Shown here: in pieces, positions 12,501 through 27,500 of the stretch | Position numbering within the stretch: position 1 is the first letter of the stretch | Layout: each line of letters begins with the position of its first letter | DNA from: Podarcis cretensis | Taxonomy: Eukaryota | Direction of reading: 5' to 3' | Assembly: GCA_951804945.1 (NCBI GenBank) | Contig: OX638149.1 | Span: 117,242,001-117,306,000, forward strand | Length of the DNA: 64,000 bases | The notes under the pieces: generated by a model | Seen by the model: only the letters and a program-made list of their open reading frames with translations | Database searches by the model: none | Told to the model about the DNA's origin: nothing | Position numbers and translations under genes: made by a program

Positions 12501-15500
12501 TGAAGGCAGTGAATATACTTTCAGAATCAGTGCTGAAAATAAATATGGAGTCGGTGAAGGTCTTAAATCTGACCCAATAATCGCAAGGCATCCATTTGGT
12601 AAGCACAAAAAATATGTTTGTTGTGAAGCATTCTGTCGTTTAAGGTTCAGTCTAATTCTCTCTTACATTTATTATATTTTTAGATGTTCCCGATGCTCCA
12701 CCACCACCCAAAATTGTTGAGATTAGGCGTGATTCTGCCTATTTAACATGGACAGACCCCAAAAAGACAGGTGGCTCACCTATCACAGGTATTTCTTTTG
12801 ACATTTAATTTTGCATAAGATTCCCCAAGGTGTTAAATCCTAGGATCACAAATGCCAGTCATGATGTAACACATGTTCCTACCCTCCACGAGCTTTTGCA
12901 ATGTCCAGACCCAACTAACGTCAAGGCTCTGGTGTCTGTAAGGCCCGAGGGGGGCATGTTGAGAAGCAGCTTAGATTCAAAGCCTTCCAGTGCCACAAAT
13001 CAGGGTGATATTGAGCCACATTTCCAACGGGAGGGGGAAATACAAGTGACAAAAGAGTGTAGAGTGTTCCTCTGCCCTACTGGCTTAAGCCTGGCATGGC
13101 AATGGATAAGGCAGTGGAACTGTCTTCATATTTCACTGCCACCACCTCAGGATTGTACTGCAAAGCTTGTTAAGTAGCCAGTTGCCTGATGTCCTGCGAT
13201 GGTGACAGAAACTGCTCAGAGATATCAGACAAGGATGCTTTTGCAAAATAAAAAAGTTGGTTCCTATCCACCCCCATTTTTGTTTACCTTTTGAAATACT
13301 AAGCATGTGTTTCCTGTGTTTGTATGCTTCTGTAGGTTACCACCTTGAATATAAAGAAAGAAATAGTATTTTGTGGAAGCGAGCAAACAAGACCCCACTA
13401 AAGATGAGAGACTTCAGAGTGACAGGGTTAACGGAAGGTTTGGAATATGAATTCAGAGTGATGGCAATTAATCTTGCTGGAGTTGGTAAACCAAGTCTGC
13501 CTTCTGAGCCAATTGTAGCCCTTGATCCAATTGGTAAGCTTCCCAAATTAAAGAGATAAGTCTTCATGTGTTAGAAAACTGTGATATGCACTTTTACTAC
13601 TTCTGTATTCTGTTGTTTTCAGATCCTCCTGGGAAGCCTGAAGTTATCAGTGTGACTAGAAACTCAGTGACTCTGATCTGGACAGAACCAAAATATGATG
13701 GCGGACATAAATTAATTGGCTACATAGTGGAGAAACGTGATCTACCTTCAAAGACTTGGATGAAGGCAAACCATGTGAATGTTCAGGAATGTGCATATAC
13801 AGTAAATGACCTTTTTGAAGGATCTAAATATGAATTCAGGATTAGAGCTAAGAATACCGCTGGTGCTATTAGTCCTCCATCAGAATCTACTGGAGCCATT
13901 ATATGCAAGGATGAGTATGGTACGTATTCCCTGTAAAGGCACACACCAGTTTTTAATGTTTTAAGTATCTTCTTTCCTAACATATTAATTCTCTTTTACA
14001 GAGGCACCAACTATTGTTATTGATCCTACTGTCAAAGAAGGCCTGACTGTTAAGGCAGGAGACACCATCACAATGTCTGCTATTAGCATCCGTGGCAAGC
14101 CACTTCCAACTTCAGTGTGGTCTAAAGGAGGCAAAGATTTCAAGCTTTCAGAGACTGTCCATATTGAATCAACTCCAACTTCTTCCACGCTTTCTGTCAA
14201 GTATGCCGCTAGAAAAGATTCTGGTGAATATACGATCACTGCAACCAACCCTTTTGGTACTAAAGAAGAACACGTACATGTAAAAGTTTTAGATGTACCA
14301 GGCCCACCTGGACCAGTTGAAGTGAGCAATGTTTCAGCTGAAAAGGCTACTCTCACATGGACACCACCAACAGAAGATGGCGGGTCACCAATCAAGTCTT
14401 ATGTACTTGAAAAGAGAGAAACTAGCCGCCTTCTATGGACTCAAGTTGCTGAAGACATTCAGTCTTGTAGGCATGTTGTGACTAAGCTTATTCAAGGAAA
14501 TGAGTACCTTTTCCGTGTTTCTGCTGTGAATCAGTATGGCAAAGGAGAACCATCTCAATCAGAGCCAGTTAAAATGGTGGATAGATTTGGTAAGCAAAAC
14601 TAGTCAAAAGGTATATGAATTTACTGCTGTATATATATATATATATAAACATTTATGTGTTTATCAAAACCTGTTTTCCTCCTTTTAGGGCCTCCTGGTC
14701 CACCTGGTAAACCAGAAGTATCAAATATTACGAAAAACACTGTTACTGTAACCTGGAAAAGGCCAACTGATGACGGTGGCAGCGAAATCACAGGCTACCA
14801 TGTGGAAAGAAGAGAAAGAAAAGGCGTGAGATGGGTCAGAGTTACAAAGAAACCAGTATCAGACCTTCGATGCAAAGTGACTGGACTCCTAGAAGGAAAT
14901 GAATATGAATTCCGTGTCAGTGCAGAAAACAGGGCAGGAATTGGGCCACCAAGTGATATTTCTCAACCAGTATTAACCAAGGATGCTGCATGTTAGTATG
15001 ATTTCTATACTTGGGGGGGGGGATCCCTTTATAGCATGATTATCTATAAGGATTCCAATCAAAGTAAAATTTGTTGCCTTTTTTCATTATTTATAGATCC
15101 GCCGGGACCTCCTTCCAACCCACGAGTAACTGATACAACAAAGACAACTGCTAGCCTAGCATGGGGTAAACCTCACTATGATGGCGGACTTGATATAATC
15201 GGCTATATTGTGGAGCACCAAAAAGAAGGAGAAGAAACATGGGTGAAAGATACCACGGGGACTGCTCTAAGAATCACAGAATTTGTGGTTGCTAATCTCC
15301 AGCCAGGAGCCAAATACAATTTTAGAATTATTGCCCTCAATGCTGCTGGCGCTGGTGAACCAGCAACGATAAAAGATGTTGAAATCAGGGAACGTGAAGT
15401 AGCTCCTGATTTTGAATTAGACGCCGAGCTGAGGAAAACTCTTGTTGTTAGAGCTGGACTGACCATTCGGGTATTTGTTCCAATTAAAGGGCGCCCAGTT

Positions 15501-18500
15501 CCTGAAATCACATGGACCAAGGATGATATTTCACTTAAAGGACGTGCCAGTATTGAAAATACAGACTCTTTCACACTTCTCATTGTCACAGAATGCAATA
15601 GATATGATGCAGGAAAGTATGTCATGACCCTTGAAAATGCTGCTGGCAAGAAGACTGGTTTTGTAAATGTAAAAGTCTTGGATACACCAGGGCCACCAAT
15701 AAATCTCAAGCCCAGAGACATATCTAAAGATACCATCACCCTACAATGGGATATGCCTCTAATTGATGGTGGTTCACGCATAACAAATTATATAGTTGAA
15801 AAACGTGAGTCAACACGAAAGGCATATTCAACCATCACAACTAAGTGCCCAAAATGTTCACTTAGGATTCCTAATTTGGCTGAAGGGTGTGAATATTACT
15901 TCAGAGTATTTGCTGAAAACGAATTTGGAATTGGTGAACCTGCCGAAACTGCTGAGCCTGTAAGAGCGTCAGAGGCACCATCACCACCAGAGAGCCTTAA
16001 TATCATGGATATCACAAGGAAGACAGTCAGCCTTGCTTGGCCAAAGCCCGAACATGATGGTGGTAGCAAGATTACTGGCTATGTTATTGAAGCCCAGAAA
16101 AAAGGTTCAACTCAGTGGACACATATCACAACTGTGAAAACATTAGAATGTGTGGTAAAGAATCTGACTGAAAATGAAGAATATACTTTCCAGGTTATGG
16201 CAGTTAATAGTGCTGGAAGAAGTGATCCAAGAGAAAGCCGACCAGTTGTCGTTAAAGAGCAAATGATGCTTCCAGAATTTGATTTGCGTGGCATTTACCA
16301 GAAAACAGTAATTGCCAGAGCTGGTGACAATATCAAAGTTGAAATACCTGTGCTTGGTCGCCCAAGGCCAACTATTACTTGGAAAAAAGAAGACCAGTTA
16401 ATTAAACAAACTCAAAGAGTAAACTTTGAACATACTGCTTCTGCAACCATCTTAACCATTAATGAATGCACTAGAAACGATAGCGGCAGATACCCAATCT
16501 CAGCTAAAAATATTGTTGGTGAAGTTAGCGATGTTATAACTATACAGGTGCATGATGTTCCTGGACCTCCCACAGGGCCAATCAAATTTGAAGAAGTTTC
16601 ATCCGACTATGTCACCTTCTCATGGGAACCTCCACTGAATGATGGAGGGGTGCCAATAAGTAACTATGTTGTAGAAATGCGTAAAACCGACAGTACTGCA
16701 TGGGCTGAGTTAGCAACTACTGTTATACGTACTACTTTTAAAGCTGCTCGCCTCACTACTGGGACAGAGTACCAATTCCGTGTTAAAGCCCAGAACAGAT
16801 ATGGTTCAGGACCATCTATCAGTTCAGAGAATGTAATTGCTAACTATCCTTTTAAAGTTCCTGGTCCTCCAGGCACTCCTCAAGTGATTGCAGTCACAAA
16901 AGATGCAATTAGCATTAGCTGGCATGAGCCTCTGACAGATGGAGGAAGCCCCATTTTGGGATATCACATTGAGCAAAAAGAACGAAATAACATTCTTTGG
17001 CAGACCGTAAGTAAAGCTTTGATATCAGTAAATACCTTCAAATCAAGTGGTCTTACATCTGGCCTTGCCTATGAATTCCGAGTCATAGCAGAAAATATGG
17101 CAGGCAAGAGTAAACCAAGCAAGCCATCTGAGCCAGCATTGGCCCTGGACCCTATTGATCCTCCTGGGAAGCCAGTTCCTCTCAATATTACAAGACATGC
17201 AGTAGCACTTAAGTGGAAAAAACCTGAATATAATGGAGGTTTTAAGATAACTGGCTATACTGTTGAAAAAAGAGATCTTCCTAATGGCCGATGGCTAAAG
17301 GCTAACTTCGGCAATATACTAGAAACTGAGTTCACTGTTAGTGGTCTCACAGAAGATGCTGCTTATGAATTCCGTGTGATTGCTAGAAACGCGGCCGGTG
17401 CTGTTAGCCACCCATCCGAACCATCAGATGCAATAACGTGCAGAGATGAGATTGAAGCACCAAGGATCATGGTTGATGCTAAATACAAAGACACTTTGAT
17501 ATTAAAAGCGGGTGAAATTTTCAAACTTGAAGCTGACGTTTCAGGTCGCCCTCCACCAACTCTGACATGGACGAAAGAAGGAAAGGAGCTTGAAGACACA
17601 GCAAAATTAGAAATTAAAATAGCTGATTTCTCAACTGTTCTTCATAATAAGGACTCTATAAGAAGAGATGGAGGTGCATACACACTTACAGCCTCCAATC
17701 CAGGTGGCTTTGCAAAGCATATTTTCAATGTCAAAGTACTAGACAGACCTGGTCCTCCAGAAGGGCCTTTGGCTGTGTCTGATGTTACCATAGAAAAATG
17801 TGTCCTGTCATGGTTACCACCTTTGGATGATGGAGGCGCAAGCATTGACCATTATGTTGTTGAGAAACGTGAGACTAGCAGATTGGCATGGACAACTGTA
17901 GCCACAGAAGTTCCAGTAACAAAATTAAAGGTCACAAAGCTATTGAAAGGCAATGAATATATCTTCCGTGTTATGGCTGTTAACAAATACGGCGTTGGCG
18001 AACCCCTGGAATCAGAGCCTGTTCTTGCAGTGAATCCTTATGTAGTACCTGATCCACCGAAGACACCTGAAGTTACAGCTGCAACCAAAGATTCTATGAT
18101 TGTGTGCTGGGGACACCCTGATTCTGATGGTGGAAGCCCTATAATCAATTATATTGTAGAACGTCGTGACAGAGCTGGACTACGCTGGGTGAAATGTAAC
18201 AAGCGGGTTGTCACAGATTTGCGCTATAAAGTATCTGGACTCACAGAAGGTCATGAATATGAATACCGAGTGAAAGCTGAAAACGCTGCTGGTGTAAGTG
18301 AACCAAGTCTAAGCAGTCCATTCTACAAAGCTGCTGATACTGTATTTAAGCCAGGTCCACCAGGTAATCCTCGTGTATTAGACACAAGCAAGTCCTCAAT
18401 TACAATTGCTTGGAATAAGCCAATATATGATGGTGGCTCAGAAATCACAGGCTACATGGTTGAAACAGCATTACCTGACGAAGATGAGTGGAAAATTGTA

Positions 18501-21500
18501 ACTCCACCAGCAGGGCTGAAGGCGACTTCCTTTACCATCACTAATCTAAAAGAAAACCAGGAATATAAAATCAGAATATATGCTATGAACTCTGAAGGCA
18601 TTGGAGAGCCTGCTCTTGTTCCTGGGACACCAAAAGCTGAAGAAAGGGTACTGCCTCCTGAGATTGAACTTGATGCAGACCTACGTAAAGTTGTGACCCT
18701 CAGAGCTTGCTGTACTTTAAGACTCTTCGTCCCAATTAAAGGAAGACCAGTGCCTGAAGTGAAATGGTCAAGAGAACATGGAGAGTCTTTAGACAAAGCC
18801 ACTATTGAATCCACAAGCTCTTATACACTACTTACAGTTGGAAATGTGAATAGATTTGACAGTGGCAAATATATACTGACTGTAGAAAACAGCTCAGGCA
18901 GTAAATCAGCATTTGTAATTGTAAGGGTTCTTGATACACCTGGCGCCCCACAGAATCTGAAGATAAAAGAGGTTACAAAGTCATCTGTGACTCTCACGTG
19001 GGACCCTCCCCTCATAGATGGTGGCTCTAAAATTAAAAATTATATTATTGAAAAACGTGAGGCAACAAGAAAAGCATATTCAACAGTTATGGCCAATTGC
19101 CATAAGACCAGCTGGAAAGTGGACAATCTACAGGAAGGTTGCAACTATTATTTCAGAGTTCTAGCTGAAAATGAATATGGAATAGGGCTTCCTGTTGAAA
19201 CATCAGACTCTATTAAGGCATCTGAAAGGCCTCTTCCTCCAGGAAAAATAACTATATTAGATGTGACACGAAAGAGTGTATCTTTGTCTTGGGAAAAACC
19301 TGAACATGATGGAGGAAGCAGAATTTTGGGCTACATCGTGGAAATGCAAAGCAAAGGCAGTGAGAAATGGGCCACATGCACTACTGTAAAAGTTACTGAA
19401 GCTGTTATAACTGGACTGATCCAGGGTGAAGAATATTCTTTCCGTGTTTCAGCTCAGAATGAAAAAGGAATCAGTGATCCTCGACAATTGAGTGTACCAG
19501 TTATTGCGAAAGATCTTGTGATACCACCAGCCTTCAAACTGTTATTCACTACCTTCAGTGTACTAGCAGGTGAAGACTTAAAGGTTGATGTTCCATTTGT
19601 TGGTCGACCCAAGCCATCTGTAACGTGGCTCAAAGATGATGTGCCATTGAGACAAACTACTAGAGTAAACGAAGAAAATACAGACAACAACACTTTGCTA
19701 ACAATAAAAGAAGCATGTAGAGAAGATGTTGGACAATATTTAGTAAAACTTTCTAACTCTGCTGGGGAAGCTACTGAAATTCTTAACATTGTTGTCCTTG
19801 ACAAGCCAGGACCTCCAACTGGACCAGTGAAGATTGAAGACGTAACTGCAGACAATATTACCATTTCCTGGGGACCACCCAAATATGATGGTGGCAGTTC
19901 TATCAACAATTATATTGTGGAAAAACGAGACACCTCCACTACTGCTTGGCAGATAGTTTCAGCTACCGTTGCCCGAACAACTCTAAAAGCAGCTAGATTA
20001 AAGACTGGAAGTGAATATCAATTCAGAATTGCTGCTGAAAACAGATATGGAAAGAGTACATATCTCACATCAGAGTCTGTGGTAGCCCAGTATCCATACA
20101 AACTACCTGGGCCTCCTGGAACTCCTTTTGTACCAAAAGTCTCCAGGGATAGTATGGTTGTACACTGGAATGAACCAGTCAATGATGGTGGCAGCAAGAT
20201 TATTGGTTATCATTTGGAGCGCAAGGAAAGAAACAGCATACTCTGGGTTAAATTGAACAAAGCAGCAATTCCTGACACTAACTTTAAAACAACTGGACTT
20301 GAGGAAGGCCTTGAATATGAATTCAGAGTTTATGCAGAAAATATAGTTGGTATCGGCAAAGCAAGTAAAGGTTCAGAATGCTACAAAGCTTATGATCCTT
20401 GTGATCCTCCTGGTCGTCCAGAGCCTATCATCGTCACAAGGAACTCTGTTACTCTTCAGTGGAAGAAACCAGCATATGATGGTGGAAGCAAGATCACCGG
20501 CTACATAGTTGAGAAGAAGGAGCTACCTGAAGGCCGCTGGATGAAAGCAAGCTTTACGAATGTTATTGAGACCCAGTTTGCAGTAACTGGCCTAGTTGAA
20601 GATCAAAGGTATGAGTTCCGTGTCATTGCGCGCAACGCTGCAGGCGTTTTCAGTGAGCCATCTGAAAGCTCGGGGGCAGTCACAGCAAGAGATGAAGTAG
20701 AGCCACCTCGCATAAGTATGGACCCCAAATTTAAAGAAACCCTTGTACTGCATGCTGGCGAATCGTTCAAGATTGACGCAGACGTTCACGGTAAGCCGCT
20801 GCCTTCTATTCAGTGGCTAAAAGGCGACAAGGAACTAGTGAATACTGCACGCTTGGATATAAAAACGACAGACTTTGCCACAAGCCTAAGCGTCAAAGAA
20901 GCCATTCGCGTTGACAGTGGGCATTATGTATTGCTGGCCAAGAATGCTGCAGGTGAAAAGACAGCTTCCATTCATGTTAAGGTTCTTGACAAACCTGGCC
21001 CACCTGAAGGTCCAGTTGTTGTAACAGGAGTTACTGCTGAAAAGTGTTACCTGGCATGGAAACCCCCATTGCAAGATGGTGGTAGTGACATTTCACATTA
21101 TGTAATTGAAAGAAGAGAAACAAGCCGCTTAGTCTGGACTTTAGTTGATGGCAATGTACAAACCCTTAGTTACAAAGTTACTAAACTTTTGGAAGGCAAC
21201 GAATATATCTTCCGCATCATGGCTGTAAATAAATATGGGGTTGGGGAGCCTCTTGAATCTGAGCCTGTAATGGCTAAAAATCCATTTGTAGTGCCACTTC
21301 CACCAAAGGCCCCAGAGGTCTCGGCTGTTACCAAGGATTCTATGATTGTCGTATGGGAAAGACCACCCTCTGATGGTGGCAGTGAAATCTTGGGTTATGT
21401 ACTAGAAAAACGTGATAAAGAAGGCATTCGGTGGACAAGATGTAACAAGCGTTTGATAAGTGAACTTCGATACCGAGTTACTGGACTTATAGAAAATCAT

Positions 21501-24500
21501 AATTATGAATACAGAGTCTCGGCTGAAAATGCAGCTGGCCTCAGTGAGCCAAGCCTACCTTCTGTTTATCATAAGGCTTGTGACCCTATATACAAACCAG
21601 GTCCTCCCAACAATCCTAAAGCAATAGATGTTACAAGATCTTCAGTTTTCCTCTCCTGGAGTAAACCAATCTATGATGGTGGCTCAGAAATCCAAGGATA
21701 CATTGTTGAAAAATGTGATGTGAGTGTTGGGGACTGGGCAATTTGTACACCACCAACTGGAATTAAGAAAACAAATATGGAAGTAGAAAAATTGCAGGAG
21801 AAGCATGAATATAAATTCCGCATTTGTGCTGTTAACAAAGCAGGAGTAGGAGAGCATGCTGACGTTCCTGGGACTATTGTGGTCGAAGAAAAGCTGGAAG
21901 CTCCAGACCTTGATCTTGACTTGGAACTGAGGAAGGTTATCAATGTAAGAGCTGGTGGCTCCTTAAGATTATTTGTTCCAATCAGAGGACGCCCAACACC
22001 TGAAGTAAAATGGAGCAAGGTGGATGGTGACATCAGAGAGGCAGCTGTTATTGACAGCACTAGCAGCTTTACCTCGCTGGTTCTCGACAACGTTAACAGA
22101 TTTGATTCTGGAAAATACACTCTTACTTTAGAAAACAGTGGTGGAACTAAGTCTGCCTTTGTCAGTGTAAGAGTCCTAGATACCCCAGGCCCCCCAGTGA
22201 ATCTGAAAATTAAGGAAATCACCAAAGACTCAGTATCACTTGCCTGGGAACCTCCTTCGATAGACGGTGGAGCTAAAATTAAAAATTATATAATAGAAAA
22301 ACGTGAAGCCACAAGGAAAGCCTATGCTGCTGTTGTAACAAACTGCCACAAGACATCGTGGAAAGTGGCTCAACTTCAGGAGGGCTGCTATTATTACTTC
22401 AGAGTTTGCGCAGAGAATGAATTTGGAATTGGCCTGCCTGCAGAAACAAGTGACCCAGTTAAAGTTGCTGAAGTTCCTCAACCTCCAGGAAAGATAACAG
22501 TGGACGATGTGACAAGAAACAGCGTTTCATTAAGCTGGGCTAAGCCTGAACATGATGGTGGAAGCAAAATTTTGCAATACATAGTGGAAATGCAAGTTAA
22601 GGGCAGCGAAAAATGGTCAGAATGTACGCGTGTGAAAGTTCTTGAAGCACTTGTTACTAACTTATCTCAAGGACAAGATTATCTATTCAGGGTAATGGCT
22701 GTAAATGAAAAGGGTAGGAGTGATCCACGGTCGCTTGCTGTTCCAATAACAGCCAAAGATTTAGTTATTGAACCAGATGTACGACCAGCATTCCACAGTT
22801 ACAGTATACAAGTGGGACAAGACCTAAAGGTGGAAATACCAATATCTGGTCGACCTACACCTACTATTACTTGGACCAAAGATGGCATGCCATTAAAACA
22901 GACAACTAGAGTTAATGTCATCGATTCACCTAAACTTACTGTGCTGAGTATTAAAGAGGTCACTAAAGAAGACAGCGGGGTGTATGAAATTGCAGTTGCT
23001 AATGTTGTTGGACAGAAATCTGCAGCTGTTGAAATTATAACACTAGACAAGCCTGATCCTCCAAAAGGCCCTGTTAAATTTGATGAAATTAGTGCTGAAA
23101 GTATTACATTATCATGGAACCCTCCACTATATACAGGTGGCTGCCAAATCACCAACTACATTGTTCATAAGAGAGATACAACCACCACCGTATGGGAAAC
23201 AGTTTCAGCTACCGTTGCAAGAACTACTCTCAAGGTGATGAAGCTCAAAACTGGATCAGAATATCAGTTCAGAATATTTGCTGAAAATAGATACGGGCAG
23301 AGCTTTGCCCTGGAGTCTGACACGGTTGTTGCTCAGTATCCCTATAAAGAACCAGGTCCTCCTGGCACACCATTTGTGACAACAGTTACAAAGGACTCTA
23401 TGGTTGTGCAATGGCATGAACCAGTAAATGATGGTGGAAGTAAAATTTTAGGTTATCATCTTGAAAGAAAGGAAAGAAACAGCATTTTGTGGACAAAGGT
23501 AAACAAGACAGTTATTCAAGACACACATTACAAAACATCTAACCTTGAAGAAGGCATTGAGTATGAATTTAGAGTGGCTGCAGAAAATATTGTTGGTGTT
23601 GGCAAAGCAAGCAAAGCTTCTGAGTGTTATGTAGCACGTGACCCCTGTGATCCTCCAGGATGCCCTGAAGCTATTATTGTTAAAAGAAGTTCAATTACTC
23701 TGCAATGGACAAAGCCAGAATATGATGGTGGCAGCAAAATTACAGGCTACGTAGTAGAGAAACGTGATTTGCCTGAAGGTCGTTGGATGAAAGCAAGCTT
23801 CACCAATATAACTGAAACTCAGTTTACCGTAACAGGCCTTACTGAAGACCAACGATATGAATTTAGAGTCATTGCAAGGAACGCCGCTGGAGCAGTAAGC
23901 AAGCCATCTGATAGTACAGGACCAATAACAGCAAAAGATGAAGTTGAGCTTCCAAGAATTTCCATGGATCCCAAATACAAAGATGCAATTGTTGTAAACG
24001 CTGGAGAAACATTCAAACTTGAGGCTGATGTCCATGGGAAGCCAATTCCCACTATTCTGTGGTTGAAAGGAGATAAAGTACTTGAAGATACTGCCCGATG
24101 TGAAGTAAGGAATACAGACTTTAAGGCCTTGATTACTGTTAAAGATGCCATCCGTGTTGATGGTGGGCAATATATTTTGCAGGCCTCTAATGTTGCAGGA
24201 ACAAAATCAGTACCAATAACAGTGAAAGTACTGGACAGACCAGGACCTCCAGAGAGTATTCAAGTTTCTGGAGTTACTGCTGACAAGTGTTCCTTAACAT
24301 GGGCGCAACCAATCCATGACGGTGGCAGTGACATTTCTCACTACATAATTGAGAAGAGAGAAACAAGTCGCCTTGCATGGACAGTTGTTGCTTCAGATGC
24401 TGTAGCCACAATGCTGAAAGTAACAAAACTTCTGGAAGGAAATGAGTATATCTTCCGCATAATGGCAGTTAATAAATATGGAGTTGGGGAGCCTCTGGAG

Positions 24501-27500
24501 TCTGCACCAGTATTAATGAAAAACCCATTTGTTGTTCCTGGTCCACCAAAATCCATTGAAGTAACCAACATTACAAAGGATTCCATGACCATCTGCTGGC
24601 ATCGTCCAGATAGTGATGGTGGCAGTGAAATAGTTAACTACATTGTCGAAAAAAGGGACAGAGCTGGTATCAGATGGGTGAAATGTAACAAACGCCGAAT
24701 TACAGACCTGCGATTAAGAGTCACGGGATTAGCAGAAGATCATGAATATGAATTTAGAGTATCCGCTGAAAATGCTGCTGGAGTTGGTGAGCCAAGCCAA
24801 ATCACTCCCTTTTGGAAAGCATGTGACCCTATGTTCAAACCTGGCCCACCCACTAATGCTCATGCTGTGGATACTACCAAGAATTCAATTACAGTAGCAT
24901 GGGGTAAGCCTATTTATGATGGCGGCAGTGAGATCCTGGGATATATTGTAGAAATCTGCAAAGCTGATGAAGAAGAATGGACAATAGTTACCCCACAGAC
25001 TGGTCTGAGAGTCAATCGCTTTGAGATCAAGAAACTCATTGAACATCAAGAATACAAACTTAGAGTTTGTGCTCTTAACAAAATTGGAGTAGGTGAAGCT
25101 GCAGCAGTTCCTGGCACAGTTAAACCAGAAGATAAACTTGAGCCGCCTGAACTTGATATTGACTCTGAATTAAGGAAGGGAATTGTGGTTAGAGCTGGTG
25201 GATCTGTCAGGATAAACATACCTTTCAAAGGACGCCCAACTCCTGAAATCATGTGGTCTCGAGAAGAAGGAGAATTTACAGATAAGGTTCAAATTGAAAA
25301 GGGCCTGAATTACACACAGTTATCCATTGATTACTGTGATAGAAATGATGCTGGAAAATATATCCTTAAACTGGAGAACAGCAGTGGCTCTAAGTCTGCA
25401 TTTGTCACTGTTAAAGTACTTGACACACCGGGACCACCACAAAATTTAGTAGTCAAAGAAATAAGGAAAAATTATGCTGTACTAACATGGGAGCCTCCAG
25501 CTAATGATGGTGGGGCAAAGATAAAGAACTATGTGATTGATAAACGCGAATCAACCAGAAAAGCATATGCAAATGTGAGCACAAAGTGCAGCAAAACAAG
25601 TTTTAGAGTTGATAACCTTATTGAAGGGGCAATTTATTATTTCAGAGTAATGGCTGAAAATGAATATGGAATTGGTGTTCCAGTTGAAACTGCAGATGCC
25701 TCAAAAGCTTCAGAACCACCTTTGCCTCCTGGAAAAGTGACTCTCACTGATGTGACTCAGAGAAGCGCATCATTTATGTGGGAAAAGCCTGAACATGATG
25801 GAGGTAGCAGAATTGTGGGGTACGTTGTTGAAATGCAGCCAAAAGGAACTGATAAATGGAGTGTTGTTACTGAAACCAAAGTCTGTAATGCAGTTGTGTC
25901 TGGTTTGAGTTCTGGACACGAATATCAATTCCGTGTCATGGCATACAATGAAAAAGGCAAGAGTGACCCTAGACCACTGGCAGTTCCTGTGATTGCCAAA
26001 GATCTGACCATTCAGCCAAATATCAAACTAATGTTCAATACATACACTGTCCAAGCTGGAGAAGACCTTAAAGTAGAAATACCCTTTATAGCTCGACCAA
26101 AGCCTACTATCACATGGGAAAAAGATGGTCAGCCTCTAAGACAGACAACCAGGTTACATGTTGAAGATACACCTACATCAACTACTTTGTATATTAAAGA
26201 AAGCAACAAGGATGATTTCGGTAAATATACTGTGACAGTAACCAACACTGCAGGCACAGCAGCAGAACATCTTAATATAATTGTGCTAGAGAAGCCTGGC
26301 CCACCACAAGGACCTGTCCGCTTTGATGAAGTTAGCTCGAATTTTGTTGTTCTGTCATGGGAACCACCAGCATACACAGGTGGCTGTCAAATATCCAATT
26401 ACATTGTAGAGAAGCGCGACACTACTACCACTACCTGGCAGATGGTCTCAGCGACTGTTGCAAGAACAACTATTAAAGTAACAAACCTTAAGACGGGTAG
26501 TGAATATCAGTTTAGAATTAGTGCTGAAAACCGATACGGAAAGAGCACCGCACTGGATTCTAAGCCAGTTCTTGTTCAATATCCCTACAAAGAACCAGGT
26601 CCACCAGGAACACCATTTGTCAGCATCGCTACCAAAGATCATATGATAGTACAATGGAATGAACCAGTTAATGATGGAGGAAGCAAAGTTCTTGGTTATC
26701 ATCTAGAACGTAAAGATAAAAACAGCATTCTTTGGACAAAATTGAATAAGGCCCTCATTCAGGACACAAAATATAAATCAGATGGCCTTGAGGAAGGTCT
26801 TGAATATGAGTTCAGAGTTGCCGCTGAAAATATTGTTGGCATAGGTAAGGTTAGCAAATCATCTGAACTGTATGTTGCTCGAGATGCTTGTGATCCACCT
26901 GGCCGTCCAGATGCCATTGTTATTACAAGAAATTATATAACACTAAAATGGAAAAAACCTGAATATGATGGTGGCAGCAGAATAACTGGATATGTTGTGG
27001 AAAAGAGAGAACTTCCTGAAGGTCGTTGGATGAAAGCCAGTTTTACAAATGTAACAGAAACAGAGTTCACAGTAACTGGTCTTGTGGAAGACCAACGATA
27101 TGAATTCAGAGTAATTGCAAGAAATGCAGCTGGTAGCATAAGTGAACCATCTGAAAGCACAGGACCAATTATTGCCAGAGATGAAATTGAAGCTCCAAGA
27201 GCTTCACTGGATCCAAAATACAAAGATGTCATTGTTGTTCATGCTGGAGAAACATTTGCTCTTGAGGCTGACATCCATGGCAAACCCATTCCTGATATTA
27301 TATGGTCGAAAGATGGAAAAGAATTTGAAGGAGCAACTGCAAGAATGGAAATTAAGTCTACCATTGAGAGAACAACCCTCACAGTCAAAGATTGCATCAG
27401 AGTGGATGGAGGCATTTATACACTTAAACTGAGCAATGTTGGTGGCACAAAGTCTATACCAATCACTGTAAAAGTACTTGACAGACCTGGACCTCCAGAA

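Noticed and set aside
12830-13177. 115-aa intronic ORF between the two halves of A59
   Set aside because: No Ig/Fn3 features, and inclusion would split the Fn3 domain; treated as chance.
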